Shown here one piece after another: positions 44,506-59,019 of a stretch of DNA of 64,000 nt; position 1 is the first letter of the stretch; the number at the start of each line of letters is the position of its first letter. The translations under genes and the position numbers were made by a program. This stretch comes from Eledone cirrhosa. Its lineage: Eukaryota. The notes under the pieces are model-generated. The model had not been told where the DNA came from. It worked only from the letters and a program-made list of their open reading frames with translations, and did no database searches. The stretch spans positions 248,558,001-248,622,000 of the forward strand of contig OZ024740.1 in assembly GCA_964016885.1 (NCBI GenBank), in the 5' to 3' direction.

Positions 44506-45039
44506 TGTTTTGATTATAAGTTTTGAAATCGATTTCTATTAAAAATGAAAGTGAGGCTGAGTTAAATATCAATTATAACGGAAACAATTTTTTTTTCTGT
44601 AGAAAAACTGGTAGTTTACGAGAACTGTCAAAAGACAAACCGATGTACAGTACAGCACAGAATTAAATAAAGAATGTCGGGAATAAGGATGGTGGCGGTG
44701 GGGCATTTGACTGTTATTTGTTGTTGTTCAGGCCTTGGTAAGCCCTATTGTGGAAGACCTGTGATCAAAGACATTCTTGCCACAATCATCTCAATTTTAA
44801 ATCAAACACAGTTAGTGTTCTTCTCTTTTCTATGATGGATATTTTTATTGCTTATCCAGAAAGAATTTTCAGTATTCATGACACTTTTCAGTACCTCCAA
44901 ATCTGGTGGACGAGAGGAAGAAAGTTACCCTCAAACCAGAAACATAGCTTGAATGCTTGCGACAGAGTAGTCTCCACTAAAGGTACCTATGGGTCAGGTG
45001 GTGATGCTAAGCCGGCCGACGAATGAAGTCTACCACCCA

Positions 45040-45245
45040 AGTAGACCATGACGAGATTTGAACTCCAAATGCAAAAGCCAGAATCAATACTGCAATGCAA
45101 TTCTAACGATTCTGCCAGTCCAGTTCCCTTCACTGGTACTATATTTATCGCCGCCAGAAGGATGAGAGGCGAAGTTGACCTCCGCAACAGGATTTGTACT
45201 CGGAGCACAAGGAACTGATCTAACCGAGCTAACGCTTCTGCTTGT
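45040..45245 (-). mobile_element. Two degraded SINE fragments
   Basis: gagatttgaactc..ctaacgattctgcca and tactatatttatcg..aggatgagaggcgaagttgacctc match the SINE family. Confidence 0.6.
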
Positions 45246-46139
45246 CGGTAGTGAGGGAGATTTTGCTGTTATTTCTGACAGGTCGACTACTTGATAAGTA
45301 CATTAACATTTTGGAATAATATATTGATTTATTAATAGAACTTTTTTTTTTCGGGATTTTTAGATTCTTTAAAAGAGGTGGTATCAATGTCAGTCTAATG
45401 TCTCCCATTCACAATACGCTACTGTGTATAATCACGTTGTCTACTGCTCACAGCGAGACTAAAAGGTGCATAAAAAAGATATACCTTACATTTCAAATGA
45501 TTTCCCCAAACAAACGCTATTAATTAACTGGTTAATTAACCTTATTTGTCATTTAATTATCTTAGTCGTCTTCAATTCCGTCAGTTCGTCTTTAATAAGT
45601 CGTTATGGTGGTATTGGTATTGTTGTTGGTGGTGACAATGGTGATAGTAATGGCGGTGTTAGCACTGATTGACAATGTCATTATTAACCTATTTGTTTTG
45701 TAGTTGTTGTTTAACTCTAGATCAGGCCAAAAGTCGTTTCTTTTAAAAGATGTTTGTGAAAAATAGTGTGATTTGAGATAAATTTCCATGCTATTTCTAT
45801 AGCAAGCCAAACAATTACGTTGAGGTTGCTTATTGTTATTATTGTTGGTGATGCTGCCGTTGCTGTTGATGCTATTGGCATATTTCCCAGACAATGTGTT
45901 AAGCCTTTGTAACTATTTCAGAAAGGAGACGTAGTGAGAGGATATGAATAAGGATTTTTCAAATAGATATGCAACGACTGTTGTTGCACTCAGAACGATT
46001 ATCCTTCTCTTTGTAGATGGCATCTTTCCAGGAGTCGGGTATTTTACCAACCATCAGGCAATGTGGGAAGTAATCGAACATTTTCCCCTTCAGATGATCT
46101 CCATTATACGTATAAACCTCAAAAGGAATAGTATCCTCA

Positions 46140-47700
46140 TTGATAACAAGTAATTGTAAATAGGAAGAGTTGGGAGCTCGTCCAGTACGATGGCTTGGTT
46201 GGATTTACGCGGTTCAGAAATTCCTGTAAATGTTCTATCCATCGATCTAGCATCTGTGTTTTGTCTTTGAGAAGTTGACTTCCTTCAGATGTGGCCAACC
46301 CTCCTTCTGGCAAGGCCAAGTATATATTTAGTTGAATTATAAAACATAGGGTTTTTTTTCGCTTGCTAAGTGCTAGATGTATTTTATGTGCTTTTGCAAT
46401 TCATCAAGAATTATGGACATCTCTAAGCCTACTTTGTGTTTTACTCTGAATCGTTTTCCGGGCCTCTAGATTGTCAGGTTAGCCTTGTAAGTGATAAACT
46501 TATTTTCTAACAGAGGCAGTACCTCACTAGCAGACAAACCAGTGGTAAAACCGACCGGATATTTGTAGCTCGACAGCTCTTAGGAAGCACTAAAAAGTGA
46601 CTAATCTTGCCTTCTTTGATCTTCTTTCGTACCATCAATCGCGTTCGGGTGCCTCCATGTTTTTTGTTTTTTTTTCATATGTTATCTCTCTTTCATGATG
46701 AAATGATAACGAATCATCTCTGCCCTTTGATGTTGGTGTTTGTTTTAAACAGGGATGTATTCTTGTTTCAATTCTTTTCAACATCTTGTCGCTGTGGTAC
46801 GCTCTCAAGGTACGACATGGACGTGAACGATGGAATACAGGTGAAATATCGCTTAGAAGGAATCTTTTTTAATCTTTGTCGGCTTTTTATACCCGCTAAA
46901 ACTTTCATCAAAGTCATTTATTAGCAGTAGTATACGGATGCTGCTGCTGCTGCTCGTGTATCTTTCTATTCACACAGTTTGCAAAGAACCGTTGTGTCCT
47001 TAAATTCGACCTACCGGTGGATGCGATTGGAATTGAACACTCAGAGGGCCATTATATAGTAATTTTATTTCGTGCATAATAATCTGCCTCCCATGAGCAT
47101 TTATATTACAAAAAAACAAACAAAAACAAGCCTTAAGCTTCACCTCTTCTTTTGTGTATCTTGGGAGTATCATCTCTAGTGATATGGCATTATCTGAGGA
47201 ACTTTGTGGAATGGCAGTATCGGTAGAGGGTCGGACGCCCTGCTTTGCAGTATAGAGTTAGGGCCCTTTACGTTCTGGGTTCAAATCCCGCTGAGGTTAA
47301 CTTTGCTTTTCATCCTTACGGGGTCGATAAAATAAAGTACTAGTAATACACTGGGATAATTGCTGTCCTTGTGCCAAAAGTAGAAACAATTATCTGAGGA
47401 CTTAATAATAGAATCAAACAGGCTTCTTATTTATTCGGGTACCTGCGTGAGCATGCTTTTACGAACCGTAACCGTTGCTTTGATACGAAGGTGGACGGTC
47501 TACGGTTTTCACTGACTGTACAATCCCTGCCAAAGAGCTTTGAAGGACTCATTATGGATCAGAAGGTGTCGAGGAAAGGTGTGTACGATGATGTGCAACA
47601 GTTGGAATATGAATGTGCTCGACAACGGGGTGATCATCACCATTGCCAAATTCGAGTACTCAAGAGCAGCAATGTATTTTTTTTTAATTCATTGTTTATC
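46140..47700. mobile_element. Highly degraded RTE-like LINE fragments (both orientations) with a nested SINE at 47207-47393
   Basis: LLKDKTQMLDRWIEHLQEFLNR (minus) and DGIQVKYRLEGIFFNL (plus). SINE A/B boxes at 47212-47290. Confidence 0.6.
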
Positions 47701-47757
47701 TCGCATTGGATAGTCAAGAAGCAAGCAAGCATCGCAATATACAAAAATAGCCTTCTT

Positions 47758-47827
<70 letters not shown>

Positions 47828-48271
47828 GCTCAAGATCAAGGCTAATCGTGCAAACCTATAATGAAAGATGTCTCAGCTATGATCTATTCTATCATATAGT
47901 ACATTTAGGACTATATTAACTAATGTGTCCTTTTTTGCAGATAATGTGGCTGCTATTTCTAGCAGCTCGAACGACCAAATATATGGTCCCTCGTTAATCC
48001 AATGATATATACATGTTGTTTAGCTTTTTTCCAGCCCTGATTAAATGCCTAGCGATAAAAGGCGTTCCAGTCATAATCAACCCTTCTTCCTTTCAGATAT
48101 ATTCTCTATAAAATTCGATACATTCACCTGTTCTTTTTAAAAGCAAAACCCACAGCCACCTCCATCGTCTTTATTTTAAAAAATTGATTCGCTAATATTA
48201 TTGGAAATTACTTCGTTCATTGTCTGATCGCAGGTTAAAACATTACGAGAGGTAAGTTTGTTTATAATATA

Positions 48272-48810
48272 CTAGCTGAATTACCCGGCGTTGCCCGGGT
48301 TGCTGCTGTTCTTATTCAGATTAGTAAACAATATATATGATACTAATTTTTACTTTTTTCTCATAATTATTTCAAAATATCTCTATTTAATAAAAGAAAT
48401 TATCAAAATTGTAATAATAGAATTTCAAAATGAAAATCTGTCAATCTTGAAGCACCTTAGGGTAAACAATATTCATTGTGTAATTTTTTGTTGGTGTCCA
48501 AATGAATATATTGTTTTAATCCAAATGAAATAAAAATTACATGTTGACACTCCCGGTGTCTAATACTAAGGTCCGACGAGCTTTTCATTCCAGAGTCGGG
48601 TAAGATCGATACAGATCGAACCTTGAGCTGATCAATAGCGAAACGCGCGTCACCAATCAATAAAAGTGACAAAGGCATAACAAATCGTCCTTGTATTATT
48701 ATATTTACACTCTGTTCAGCTCTACACCTCGCTACAGACGTGAATCTAAACATCGAGTTCTCGCCTGGGTGAACCTACAGTAACTTCACGTCACACACCC
48801 TGGATATATA
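48272..48810 (-). mobile_element. Probable non-autonomous Helitron (3' end on minus)
   Basis: Minus strand shows a GC hairpin ACCCGG-GCAACG-CCGGGT followed by CTAG|T at 48275-48271. The 5' boundary is uncertain. Confidence 0.55.
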
Positions 48811-49323
48811 TATATACATAGAGAGAGAGAGGGGCGGAGAACGAGAGAGAGGGGGAGAAAGAGAGAGAGAGAGAAAGTTAGCTAATTTAGATAGCGGAGC
48901 TATCTAAATTAGACTCACACTACCATTAATGTCTCCATTGTTGCAGTTTCATCTGATATCAAAATATTGGTGATTCCATAATATACAATAGCCTACATTC
49001 AAGACTTTCAAACTCTTCCGAGGGCTATTTACCTGTTAGTGGATGGAAGAACTGTTCATTGCAGTTCTCACATAGCGTAGATTAAAATGCCTGCGTAGAT
49101 CAAGTAATCAAGTAAAAGTTACTCTATATGTATATAATTCATTAAATGGTATTTTTAGCTATCATCTCGCCATCATCAGTGATAATGCTACGAGAGTGTT
49201 GGCTTGCCTCAAGTTAACCCCTAAGGTGTGCGGAGTGGCCGATTATCGCACTTGGTGGTGGATTGTCCCACCCCATTTTTTCTTCTCTTTTCTTTCTTTT
49301 ATCCTTATTGTTAAAGGAATTTA

Positions 49324-50017
<694 letters not shown>

Positions 50018-50253
50018 TATTATTATATTATTACACACGATTTAGACGTTAAATTTGTAATATCATTCTGAATGAATTGCGAGCAATTTTTAATGTTATT
50101 TACCCATTTGTAATGTTATTTATGTTATTTATGTATATATTTAAAACATATTTGCAATGTTATTTGCAAATAAAAACTTATATATATATATTCATACATG
50201 CATGCACGCATACTTTTAGTACCACATGTAGTAATGCTTGTTTATTCATTTAC

Positions 50254-50344
<91 letters not shown>

Positions 50345-50351
<7 letters not shown>

Positions 50352-52705
50352 GTGAGTTTTTTTTTACAAAATGAAAAATAACCGAGGTGTCCTACACAAG
50401 TAAGAGTATAAGAACAGAAGATGAAATCGAAAATGTAACAGGAGTCTTTTTTTTTTTAAATATATATTTATTTGGATCCTTTACCGGTTTCGCAGTTCTT
50501 CTGCTTTTCAAAAGTAGAATTGAGATGGAAGGTTTGTGGTTTTTTTCACACCTGATTGGTCTTTGAATGTTACTTGTTTTATATGGAAAAAAGTGGCTCG
50601 AAAGGCCAGGTTTTTAGAGAAGTAATTTGGTAGGTTGGTGAATAAGTATAATAAATTTCGCGCCAGTTCGCATTACAAAGTTCTTCAAACAAATGGGGGG
50701 AGGGGGGTTTCATATATGAGTGAAGTTTGGTTGATGCAGTCACGTGAATAAGCACATCAGCTTTCCCGCCAGTTTGTGTTTGTATTTCTTTTTACTTTAA
50801 CAAAAGTGGCTCACGAAGGCATTTTTTAATAAATGTAATTTGATTGGTTATAAATGAAATTATGACTGTCACGTGAACAAGTACATTAAATTTCGCACCC
50901 GTATTTGGGAATTTCTTTTGTAGCCTTTTAGAGAATTTTGTGCCAAACAAAAGATAATGGTCAAGAAAAACAGGATGGGGAGAATTGTTCTGGTTCAGTG
51001 AATATGGCTGGTGTGCTGGGGTGTCAGAATTCAGACTTTCTATTGAAATAAAGAAAGTAGAGATATGTATGTTTATTTGTGTGCTCGTGTGTGTGTGTAG
51101 GAAGATGATTCTATTAGTAGAAATGGAGGAGGGAGTTGTGTGTGTGTGTATGGGTGTTATGTGTGTGTGTGTGGGAGTATGCTTAGCATATTAAAATGGA
51201 GAGAATATATATATTTTGTGTGTGTATGTGTTATGTGTGTGTGTTATGTGTGTGTGGGAGTATGGTTAGCATGTTAAAATGGAGAGAATATATATATTTT
51301 GTGTGTGTGTAGGAAAATGATTCTATTAGTAGAAATGGAGGAGGGAGTTGTGTGTGTGTGTATGGGTGTTATGTGTGTGTGTATGGGTGTTATGTGTGTG
51401 TGTGTGTATGTGTGTGTGGCAGTATGGTTAGCATGTTAAGATGGAGAGAATATATATATTTTGTGTGTGTGTGTGTTATGTGTGTGTGTATGTGTGTGTG
51501 GGAGTGTGGTTAGCATGTTAAAATGGAGAGAATATATATATTTTGTGTGTGTGTAGGAAAATGATTCCGTTAGTAGAAATGGGGGAGGGAGTTGTGTGTG
51601 TGTAGGGGGGATAGCATATTAAGGTGTTAGAGTATTAACGTATGTTAAGGTTTATTTAGTTCTGGTTTTTATTTTCTAAAGTAGAAGGTGTTATGTGTGT
51701 ATGTATGTGTCTGTTTGGATGGTTAGCATGTTATGTATCGTGGTTGGATCACGTAATTGTTGGCGATGAACTGTCATTGTGTTTCTGAGTGTGAGTTTAG
51801 TTTCTCCTATATAATCTTCATTGCATCCTTTACATTTAATGGCATAAATTAGATTTTTTGATCAGCAAGTGAAGTGATTTTTTACAGAAAAAGTTTTTCC
51901 TGATTGAAATGTATACGCGTTGCCTTCAATGAGGTGAGTGCAGGTTCCACAATTAGAGCGACCCCATTTTTTGACAGTTGGTTGTGGGTTTGTGGTAGGT
52001 AATTTGGCATTGGTGAGTAATATTTTTAGTGATTTCGGTTGTCTTTTGCTTTTGATTATTTGGTGTGTTTCAAGGGCTTTTTTTTCATTCTTGGGTCTTG
52101 TTTCAATAGTGGGATGTTCTTGTGAATAGTGTTGCAAGCTTCCGCATTTCTTGGGTTGTGTGCAAAATTCTCTAAATGGCTATAAAAAAATTCCAAAATA
52201 CGGGCGCGAAATTTAATGTGACAGTTCTCGTGACAGTCATAATTTCATTTATAACCAATCAAATTACATTTATTTAAAAAAAGCCTTCGTGAGTCACTTT
52301 TTTAAAGTAAAAAGAAATTCAAACACAAACTGGCGCAAAAGCTGATGTGCTTATTCACGTGACTGCGTCAACCAACCAAACTTCACTCATATATGAAAAA
52401 ACAACCTGAGACCCCCCCCCCTCCACTGTGTTTAAGAACTTTGTAATGCGAACTGGCGCGAAATTTATTATACTTATTCACCATCCAACCAAATTACTTC
52501 TCTAAAAACCTGGCATTTCGAGTACTTTTTTCCATATAAAACAAGTAACATTCAAAGACCAACCAGATGTGAGAAAAACCACAGACCCTCCATATCAATT
52601 CTACTTTTGAAAAGCAGAAGAACTGCGAAACCGGTAAAGGAACCAAATAAATATATATTTTTTAAAAAATAGACTCCAGTTGCATTTTCGATTTCATCTT
52701 CTGTT

Positions 52706-52710
<5 letters not shown>
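50345..52710 (-). mobile_element. PLE family C with GIY-YIG remnant and inverted pLTR
   Basis: Minus strand encodes RSNCGTCTHL..KNHFTC*SKNLIYAIKCKGCNEDYIGETKLTLRNTMTVHRQQ (52137-51750). The inverted arm 52160-52710 mirrors about 50408-50940. U3-A8 HHRs at about 50480-50515 (-) and 52604-52639 (+). Confidence 0.9.
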
Positions 52711-52764
<54 letters not shown>

Positions 52765-52767
<3 letters not shown>

Positions 52768-53070
52768 CATACTAATTATATGCTGGTTCAAATTAAGAAT
52801 TTTACAATTAATTTTTGCAATATTTTGAACAATATTCATAGTTGTTGAATAAGAGAGTTTAACTGTGTGTTTATTGAAGATAGAGTAATACTTATGTGAT
52901 CTAGGGATCCCTTGGATAAATGTTTCTCTAGACCACATAAGTATTACTCTATCTTCAATAGACACACAGTTAAACTCTCTCATTCAACAACTATGAATAT
53001 TGCTCAAAATATTGCAAAAATTAATAGTAAAATTCTTAATTTGAACCAGCATTTAATTAGCGATAATAAC

Positions 53071-53105
<35 letters not shown>

Positions 53106-54935
53106 ATTAGTTAATGTGAATAACAATAACAATAGTTTAAATACGAATAATAGTAGAACACCTAGAAATAATAATGATAATACGAATAGTTTAGGTTATA
53201 GAAATAACATTGAATTGAACTGTAACTGTAAAAGGAAATCTGAATGCCCTTTACAAAATAATTGCCTTGACAAGAATATAGTATTATGTACCATTAAGAC
53301 AAATAATAATAATACTTATAACTACATTGGTACCACTTCATCGAATTTAAGTTTCGCTTTTCCAATCATAAACATTCATTCTCTAATCCAGATAAAAAAA
53401 ATTTCTATATCATTGTCACAATTAATATGGTCTTTAAAAGAGAAACATATTAAATACTCAATTTCTTGGAGTAAACTAAAGTATTCTGATTCCTATCGGA
53501 ACGCTTCCATTTCACCAATTTGCAATCTTTGCAATTTGGAAACTCCATTAATAATTACAAATTATGGTAATTTAATTAATTATGGTAATTTAATTAAAAA
53601 ATTATTATTCGGAAGTTGTCTACAGAAGTCTGGAAGAATCTTTCAAGCATTATACAAATTTCGAAAAAAAATACTGACTATGAAGAAAAAAATATTGACT
53701 ATTAATAATTCTTGGAATTTTATTATTATTATTATATATATAACGTTTTGCCTTACCTTAAAAATTGTATATCGTTTTTATATAGTAAATTAATCTCATG
53801 ATGAGACTCGGTATCCTAAGTTTGGATTTAGAATGGTCATTGTATAACTAGAAATTTCTGAATTTGCGGTTTGAAATATCTTTTGGCTTTCAAAGTACTT
53901 AAATATCTTAAATGTTAACATACGTTGAACGAGTTATCTTCCTTTGTTTACATTCTTCGTAAATAATTTTGTTCTGTCCAAATGGATTGATAATGTATAT
54001 TTAACATGATTTATACAGTTTAATAATATACGAAAAATCCTTAAAGGGAAACTATATACAATAAGATGTAATTACGGAAGTAAAATCGAAATAATAATAC
54101 TTTTACGAGTAAATATAACTACTAATTAATCCTGTAATGAAATGACAACCAATGAATTGAAATGATTTTATAATGAAAATAGAATAATTCAGATAATAAT
54201 TCTTAACATAAAATATATATACTGATGGTGATATATGCATAGGTTTTAGTAAATATCCTTATACATAGGTATTTAAACTTGATTTAAAGATAAAAATGTT
54301 TTTTAATATTGTAACAAAATATTTAGTAAATATATTAATTAAACTATGTTTCTGATTACTATAGAACATATTTTTATATTGTTTAATTTTGATATAATAT
54401 ATTAGTATAATTAGCTTAAACATAACCAAATACAAAAGATATTAAAAATGTCATGGTATTTAATTGGTCGCTTCTATTTGACTTAATATTTGAAAGCAAC
54501 GGTCACACATCATTTCTCTTTCTTTCTTTTTGCCGTTACGTCTTTCTTCTTCTCTCTTATATATATATATATATCTCTTCCCTTTTCTTCCCTAACACGT
54601 ATATTTATGCACTTAAATATTTATGTATGTATTTATTTATTTTCTTCTTGCATTTCTTCATATATACCTATATCTCGCTCCACATCCTCTTCTTCATTAA
54701 ATTTAAGTTTATCATGTTATTATTTGTGGTATATAAATGTTGAGATTTGTTGTAATAAATCACTGCCAATACTGGAATTGAACCATCAAGACCGTTGAGG
54801 TATGTCATACATCAATTCATGTATTTTATCTGACGAGGACGTACTGAAAAAACAGCACAGTACCTTCGAAATATATATAATAAAATATATTTTGATTATG
54901 TGAATGTCTTCATTTATTAATATTCTGAATAATAT
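52765..54935 (+). mobile_element. 5'-truncated PLE with a fold-back of ORF sequence at its 5' end and a 3' HHR
   Basis: ORF 52912-53793 contains HKYYSIFNRHTVKLS, CNCKRKSECPLQNNCL, NYIGTT and CNLCNLE. 52772-52900 is the reverse complement of 52933-53060. Confidence 0.85.
54822..54887 (+). ncRNA. Type I hammerhead ribozyme, canonical core
   Basis: TATTTTAT-CTGACGA-GGA.GTACTG..CAGTAC.TTC-GAAA-TATATA-TA-ATAAAATA. Confidence 0.82.
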
Positions 54936-54938
54936 ATA

Positions 54939-55026
<88 letters not shown>

Positions 55027-55029
<3 letters not shown>

Positions 55030-55885
55030 TTTTTTCCGTTGTGTTGTAATATAAATATTACACACAGTAGATTATCAGCTCACGTAGAGTTTGCTCGACG
55101 GTTCCAGTTGTAGTTCCAAAAGTAATCCGGAGAAAAATAGAAAGATTTGAATGGATACAGTTTAGTTGAAAGGAATTTATTGACACGTGTTTCTATAACA
55201 GTTACATAACCTAAAACAGCTATCTACAAACTTTTAGTTATGCAGACATTCAATATTTCAATGTTATTGTTTACTGTCATTTCATCAGAATAATATTACT
55301 GAGGACCTATTTAGTTTTTATAGAGAATATTAGGAGGAAGGGGTGAAGTTGTTAGAAGAATAGTTGAAGGAGTGGTTTTTCGATAGCAGTGAGAATTCTT
55401 GGTGGCAGTGATTAATTAGATTCCCATCTGTTGTTTTGACATTTTTTATAGAATATATTATTGGTTATTTTTCTAAATCTATAGAAGGATTAGAGATAGT
55501 AAAGATATGCGTGGTTGGTTTTGTGTTTGCACTTAACATTCAGACTTAAATTTTTCTTTCAAGTGTACGTATTCTTTCACCCACGCATTCACACACAAAT
55601 ATATTTGCACACCTCTACAAAATACATATACTCACAATTCACATATTCATACTTACATATATATACACATGCATACACATATATATACACACATGTATTC
55701 ATGTACATACATACGCGCTCATGTGTATACATTTTCATACTCAACTTATCTTTATATATACACACGTATAGACACACACATATATACATACATACTCTAG
55801 TCCATGTGTACACACATACACATACATACACATCCATATACACATACATACATACACATATATATATATACATATATACATATAC

Positions 55886-55916
<31 letters not shown>

Positions 55917-55939
55917 CACATACATATATACACACATAT

Positions 55940-55972
<33 letters not shown>

Positions 55973-57225
55973 AGCACTTTAATACATGAATACACTTACA
56001 TCTAACTATACACATCAAACATATATATATATTTACTTATTTATATACATTTTCACATATATATACATACTTATGGACGTTTTTAGACACATTCATTATC
56101 GCATATTTGTACCTATTCTCATCAGCATATCTTTTCATTATTAGTATGGTAATTTAAGGTTATTAATATATGTTGAGAAGAGATTGTTTTTATATTTTTC
56201 TAACTAGATTAAGGTTTATATAGTTGGGGGATGTCCCTCTTTTATGTAATATTCTGCTTGTAGTGGGAAAAAAGGGTTTTAGTTCTGTGACGGCAGAATA
56301 ATGTTCGTTCAATTCTGTTATTCAGCAGTTTCTTCTTGTGTGTGATTATGTAATAAATCTCAAGATTACACAATTTGCAGAAATTTTGGCTCCTGGAAAA
56401 GCTCTGGGTTTTAGCTAATTTTTCCCATTTTAGGGTAAACTTTTGATTGCTATCCCTGAGCGTCCAAGCTTTTTCTGCTAAAGTTGTTACATTTCTTTGG
56501 CTCTGGTGTTTTATTGAGTAAGAATGCCTATACAATCGAGATTTAAACGATGTTGCCGTTGATCCCACGTAATACCACTCGTTGCCTCCGGATTTAATGG
56601 TACACTTATAAATAATATTTTTTTCCAGGCAGTTATTGCCGAGGGGGCAGTTGTCAGGATAGGTGCAGTTACAGTTGTGTACGTTGGGTTTACTCTGGAG
56701 TAGTATTGCGGACGAACTTAGGTGTGGTTTATTTATGTTCTGTAGTGTATTGTCTACTGTTTTTTGGGGGTTCTTTGTACTTAAGTTCTTAGTGTTTTCG
56801 TTTAACCTTCTAGTATTGATCTTTTTTATGTGTTGTTCAAGGTTTAACGCTGTAGAGTATGACAGTCTTATAGTGGTAGGGTTTAGGATTTTGTGGTATT
56901 TGTGTGATGTGGGAAAATGTCTTTTAATTATTTTAAAGAAGAGTACTGGTAAATTTGTACTAATGGAGCTATTGTATTCGGGGTTATACCATAAGTACTC
57001 TTTGCATCGCTTTCTATTAGTTTTGTTTGTTGGTTTAATATTCTCTATAAAAACTAAATAGGTCCTCAGTAATATTATTCTGATGAAATGACAGTAAACA
57101 ATAACATTGAAATATTGAATGTCTGCATAACTAAAAGTTTGTAGATAGCTGTTTTAGGTTATGTAACTGTTATAGAAACACGTGTCAATAAATTCCTTTC
57201 AACTAAACTGTATCCATTCAAATCT

Positions 57226-57230
<5 letters not shown>
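55027..57230 (-). mobile_element. 5'-truncated PLE with inverted pLTR
   Basis: Minus ORF remnants at 57040-56242 (WYNPEYNS, FPTSHKYHKIL, CNCTYPDNCPLGNNCLEKNIIYKC, WYYVGSTATSFKSRL, CKLCNLE..CRHR). Arm 57043-57230 mirrors 55137-55327. Confidence 0.9.
57075..57191 (+). ncRNA. Type I HHR with long stem II insert (mirror copy 55177-55293 on minus)
   Basis: TTATT-CTGATGA-A-ATGACAGT..(about 70 nt)..ACTGTTAT-A-GAAA-CACGTG-TC-AATAA. Confidence 0.8.
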
Positions 57231-57291
<61 letters not shown>

Positions 57292-57292
<1 letters not shown>

Positions 57293-57690
57293 ATGGAAAA
57301 CGAACAATAAGTGATGCATCGGAACTCAATTTATTGTGTGTTACAATTGTTTCTCCGGCGAACAGCTCGAGGTGCTATCCGTGTGTGGATATACCTGACT
57401 CTAGACTAACAGGTTCCTTGGACACGTCTATTGATTTCGGATCATATCCTCTTATGATCCGAAATCAATAGACCTGTCCAAGGAACCTGCGAATCTAGAG
57501 TCAGGTATATCCACACACGGATAGCACCTCGAGCTGTTCGCCGGGGAAACAATTGTAACACACAATAAATTGAGTTCCGATGCATCACTTATTGTTCGTT
57601 TTCCATTCTATAATACTCTGCTCCGTAGGAGCATAGAGTGCTCAACCGGCATAACCCTTATGGAAGCATCTTACCTACCATTAGACATAT
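57292..57690. repeat. About 315-bp palindrome (6-nt loop) retaining only the 3' half of an HHR in each arm
   Basis: Arms at 57292-57445 and 57452-57607. GAAA-CAATTG-TA at about 57546-57557 with no upstream core. Flanked by (TA)n. Confidence 0.8.
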
Positions 57691-57725
57691 ATATGCATAT
57701 ATATATATATATATGTGTGTGTGTG

Positions 57726-57789
<64 letters not shown>

Positions 57790-57791
<2 letters not shown>

Positions 57792-58745
57792 CAAAGTAAA
57801 TGTAGGAGGTACAATACGTTTTAAGCCAAATTTTACTTCGTATATTATGTTTCAACTATACCACAGCGAGTGCACTTATAAACTTTGCTGTTAATTCTAT
57901 TGGTATAGAATCCTCAGAGAAGATATAATTGTTAATACTGATGCCAATCAAGGAAGGTCTAACCAGCCAATCTGGATAAAAGTTCATTTAAAGCAGAGGT
58001 TAATCCTGGATAAAAGTTCAATTAAAGTAGAGGCAATATACGTCATAATGCATAGCTTCTGGGTTAAAAATGTGTGAGCCTAACTTATAATAACAATGGC
58101 TGTTATATAGGGGCGTAATATCTAAGGGATGTAACTATGTTGCATTTAGGGTGAACATTTCTTAGAGGTGTTTACTAACTATAACATGCCTAGATCTGTG
58201 ATGTTAGTAGTGTAGATGTAATGTAGTATGCCGTGGGCTATAGCTAGGCGCCAGTTACTTTGTTAATTATAAGCAGTATTGATTTAGATAATCTGGCTAA
58301 TCTATAAGAGATAGCTACTAGAGGTTTTATGGTTGAAGGAGGAGAGAGAAAAGATAAGGTTGGAAATTGAGGGTTACATTGGATCAAATGTCCTGTTAGA
58401 GAAAGAGTAGTGGAGTCTGTGTTGGCAGTGTATAACTGTTTCTGCTCTGTTATTAATAAGTGTGTGAGGTGAGCAAATGATATAATATGCTTCCATCAGA
58501 CATAATGGACACTTCTTCTTAAAGTTGTAAGATGTTGCTCTACCTATTATACTCCACCGGGTTGTGTACCTTGTGTGAGATTCTATTAGGTGGATGATAT
58601 AGCTAGCGAGAGAGGTTGAGAACTTGAGGTTTCTATTCTTAACCGAGTAGAGATGGGTTCTAAATCTTGTCTTGAATTCATTAGAAGTGACCCCTATATA
58701 GGATTTGGTGCTTTTGTCAGTAATTACTGTACATATAACATTACT
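57790..58745 (-). mobile_element. 5'-truncated PLE (GIY-YIG C-terminus not in the ORF track) with a degenerate 3' HHR
   Basis: Minus 58740-58385 translates VICTVITDKSTKSYIGVTSNEFKTRFRTH..CPLCLMEAYYII..LINNRAETVIHCQHR. HHR-like CTGAGGA-TT-CTATACC..GGTATAG-TT-GAAA at about 57925-57836. Confidence 0.78.
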
Positions 58746-58920
58746 AATCAGGCATTGACCCTGGTGCGAACATTTGTTAGGTGTTCTACAGTTGCAATTT
58801 TTGTTGCTGATGTTTCTAGCGTGGTGGGAGCGGCTACTATCACTATTATTATCGTTGTTATTTTTATTATTGATACTACTACAACCATGGTGATAGTAAT
58901 TGTTATAACCACTACTATTG

Positions 58921-58921
<1 letters not shown>

Positions 58922-59010
<89 letters not shown>
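58922..59010. repeat. (ATT/TAA)n microsatellite at the 3' end of the R4/Dong element
   Basis: Seen directly. Confidence 0.95.

Positions 59011-59019
<9 letters not shown>

Noticed and set aside
51060-51600. Regularly spaced repeats resembling a CRISPR array
   Set aside because: They are tandem sub-repeats with (TG)n spacers in a PLE 3' UTR, in a eukaryotic context with no cas genes.
51859-51867. In-frame TGA just before the GIY-YIG motif as a possible selenocysteine codon
   Set aside because: It follows the conserved Cys (FTC*SKNLIY) at a variable position in a decayed copy, and I see no SECIS. A nonsense mutation is simpler.
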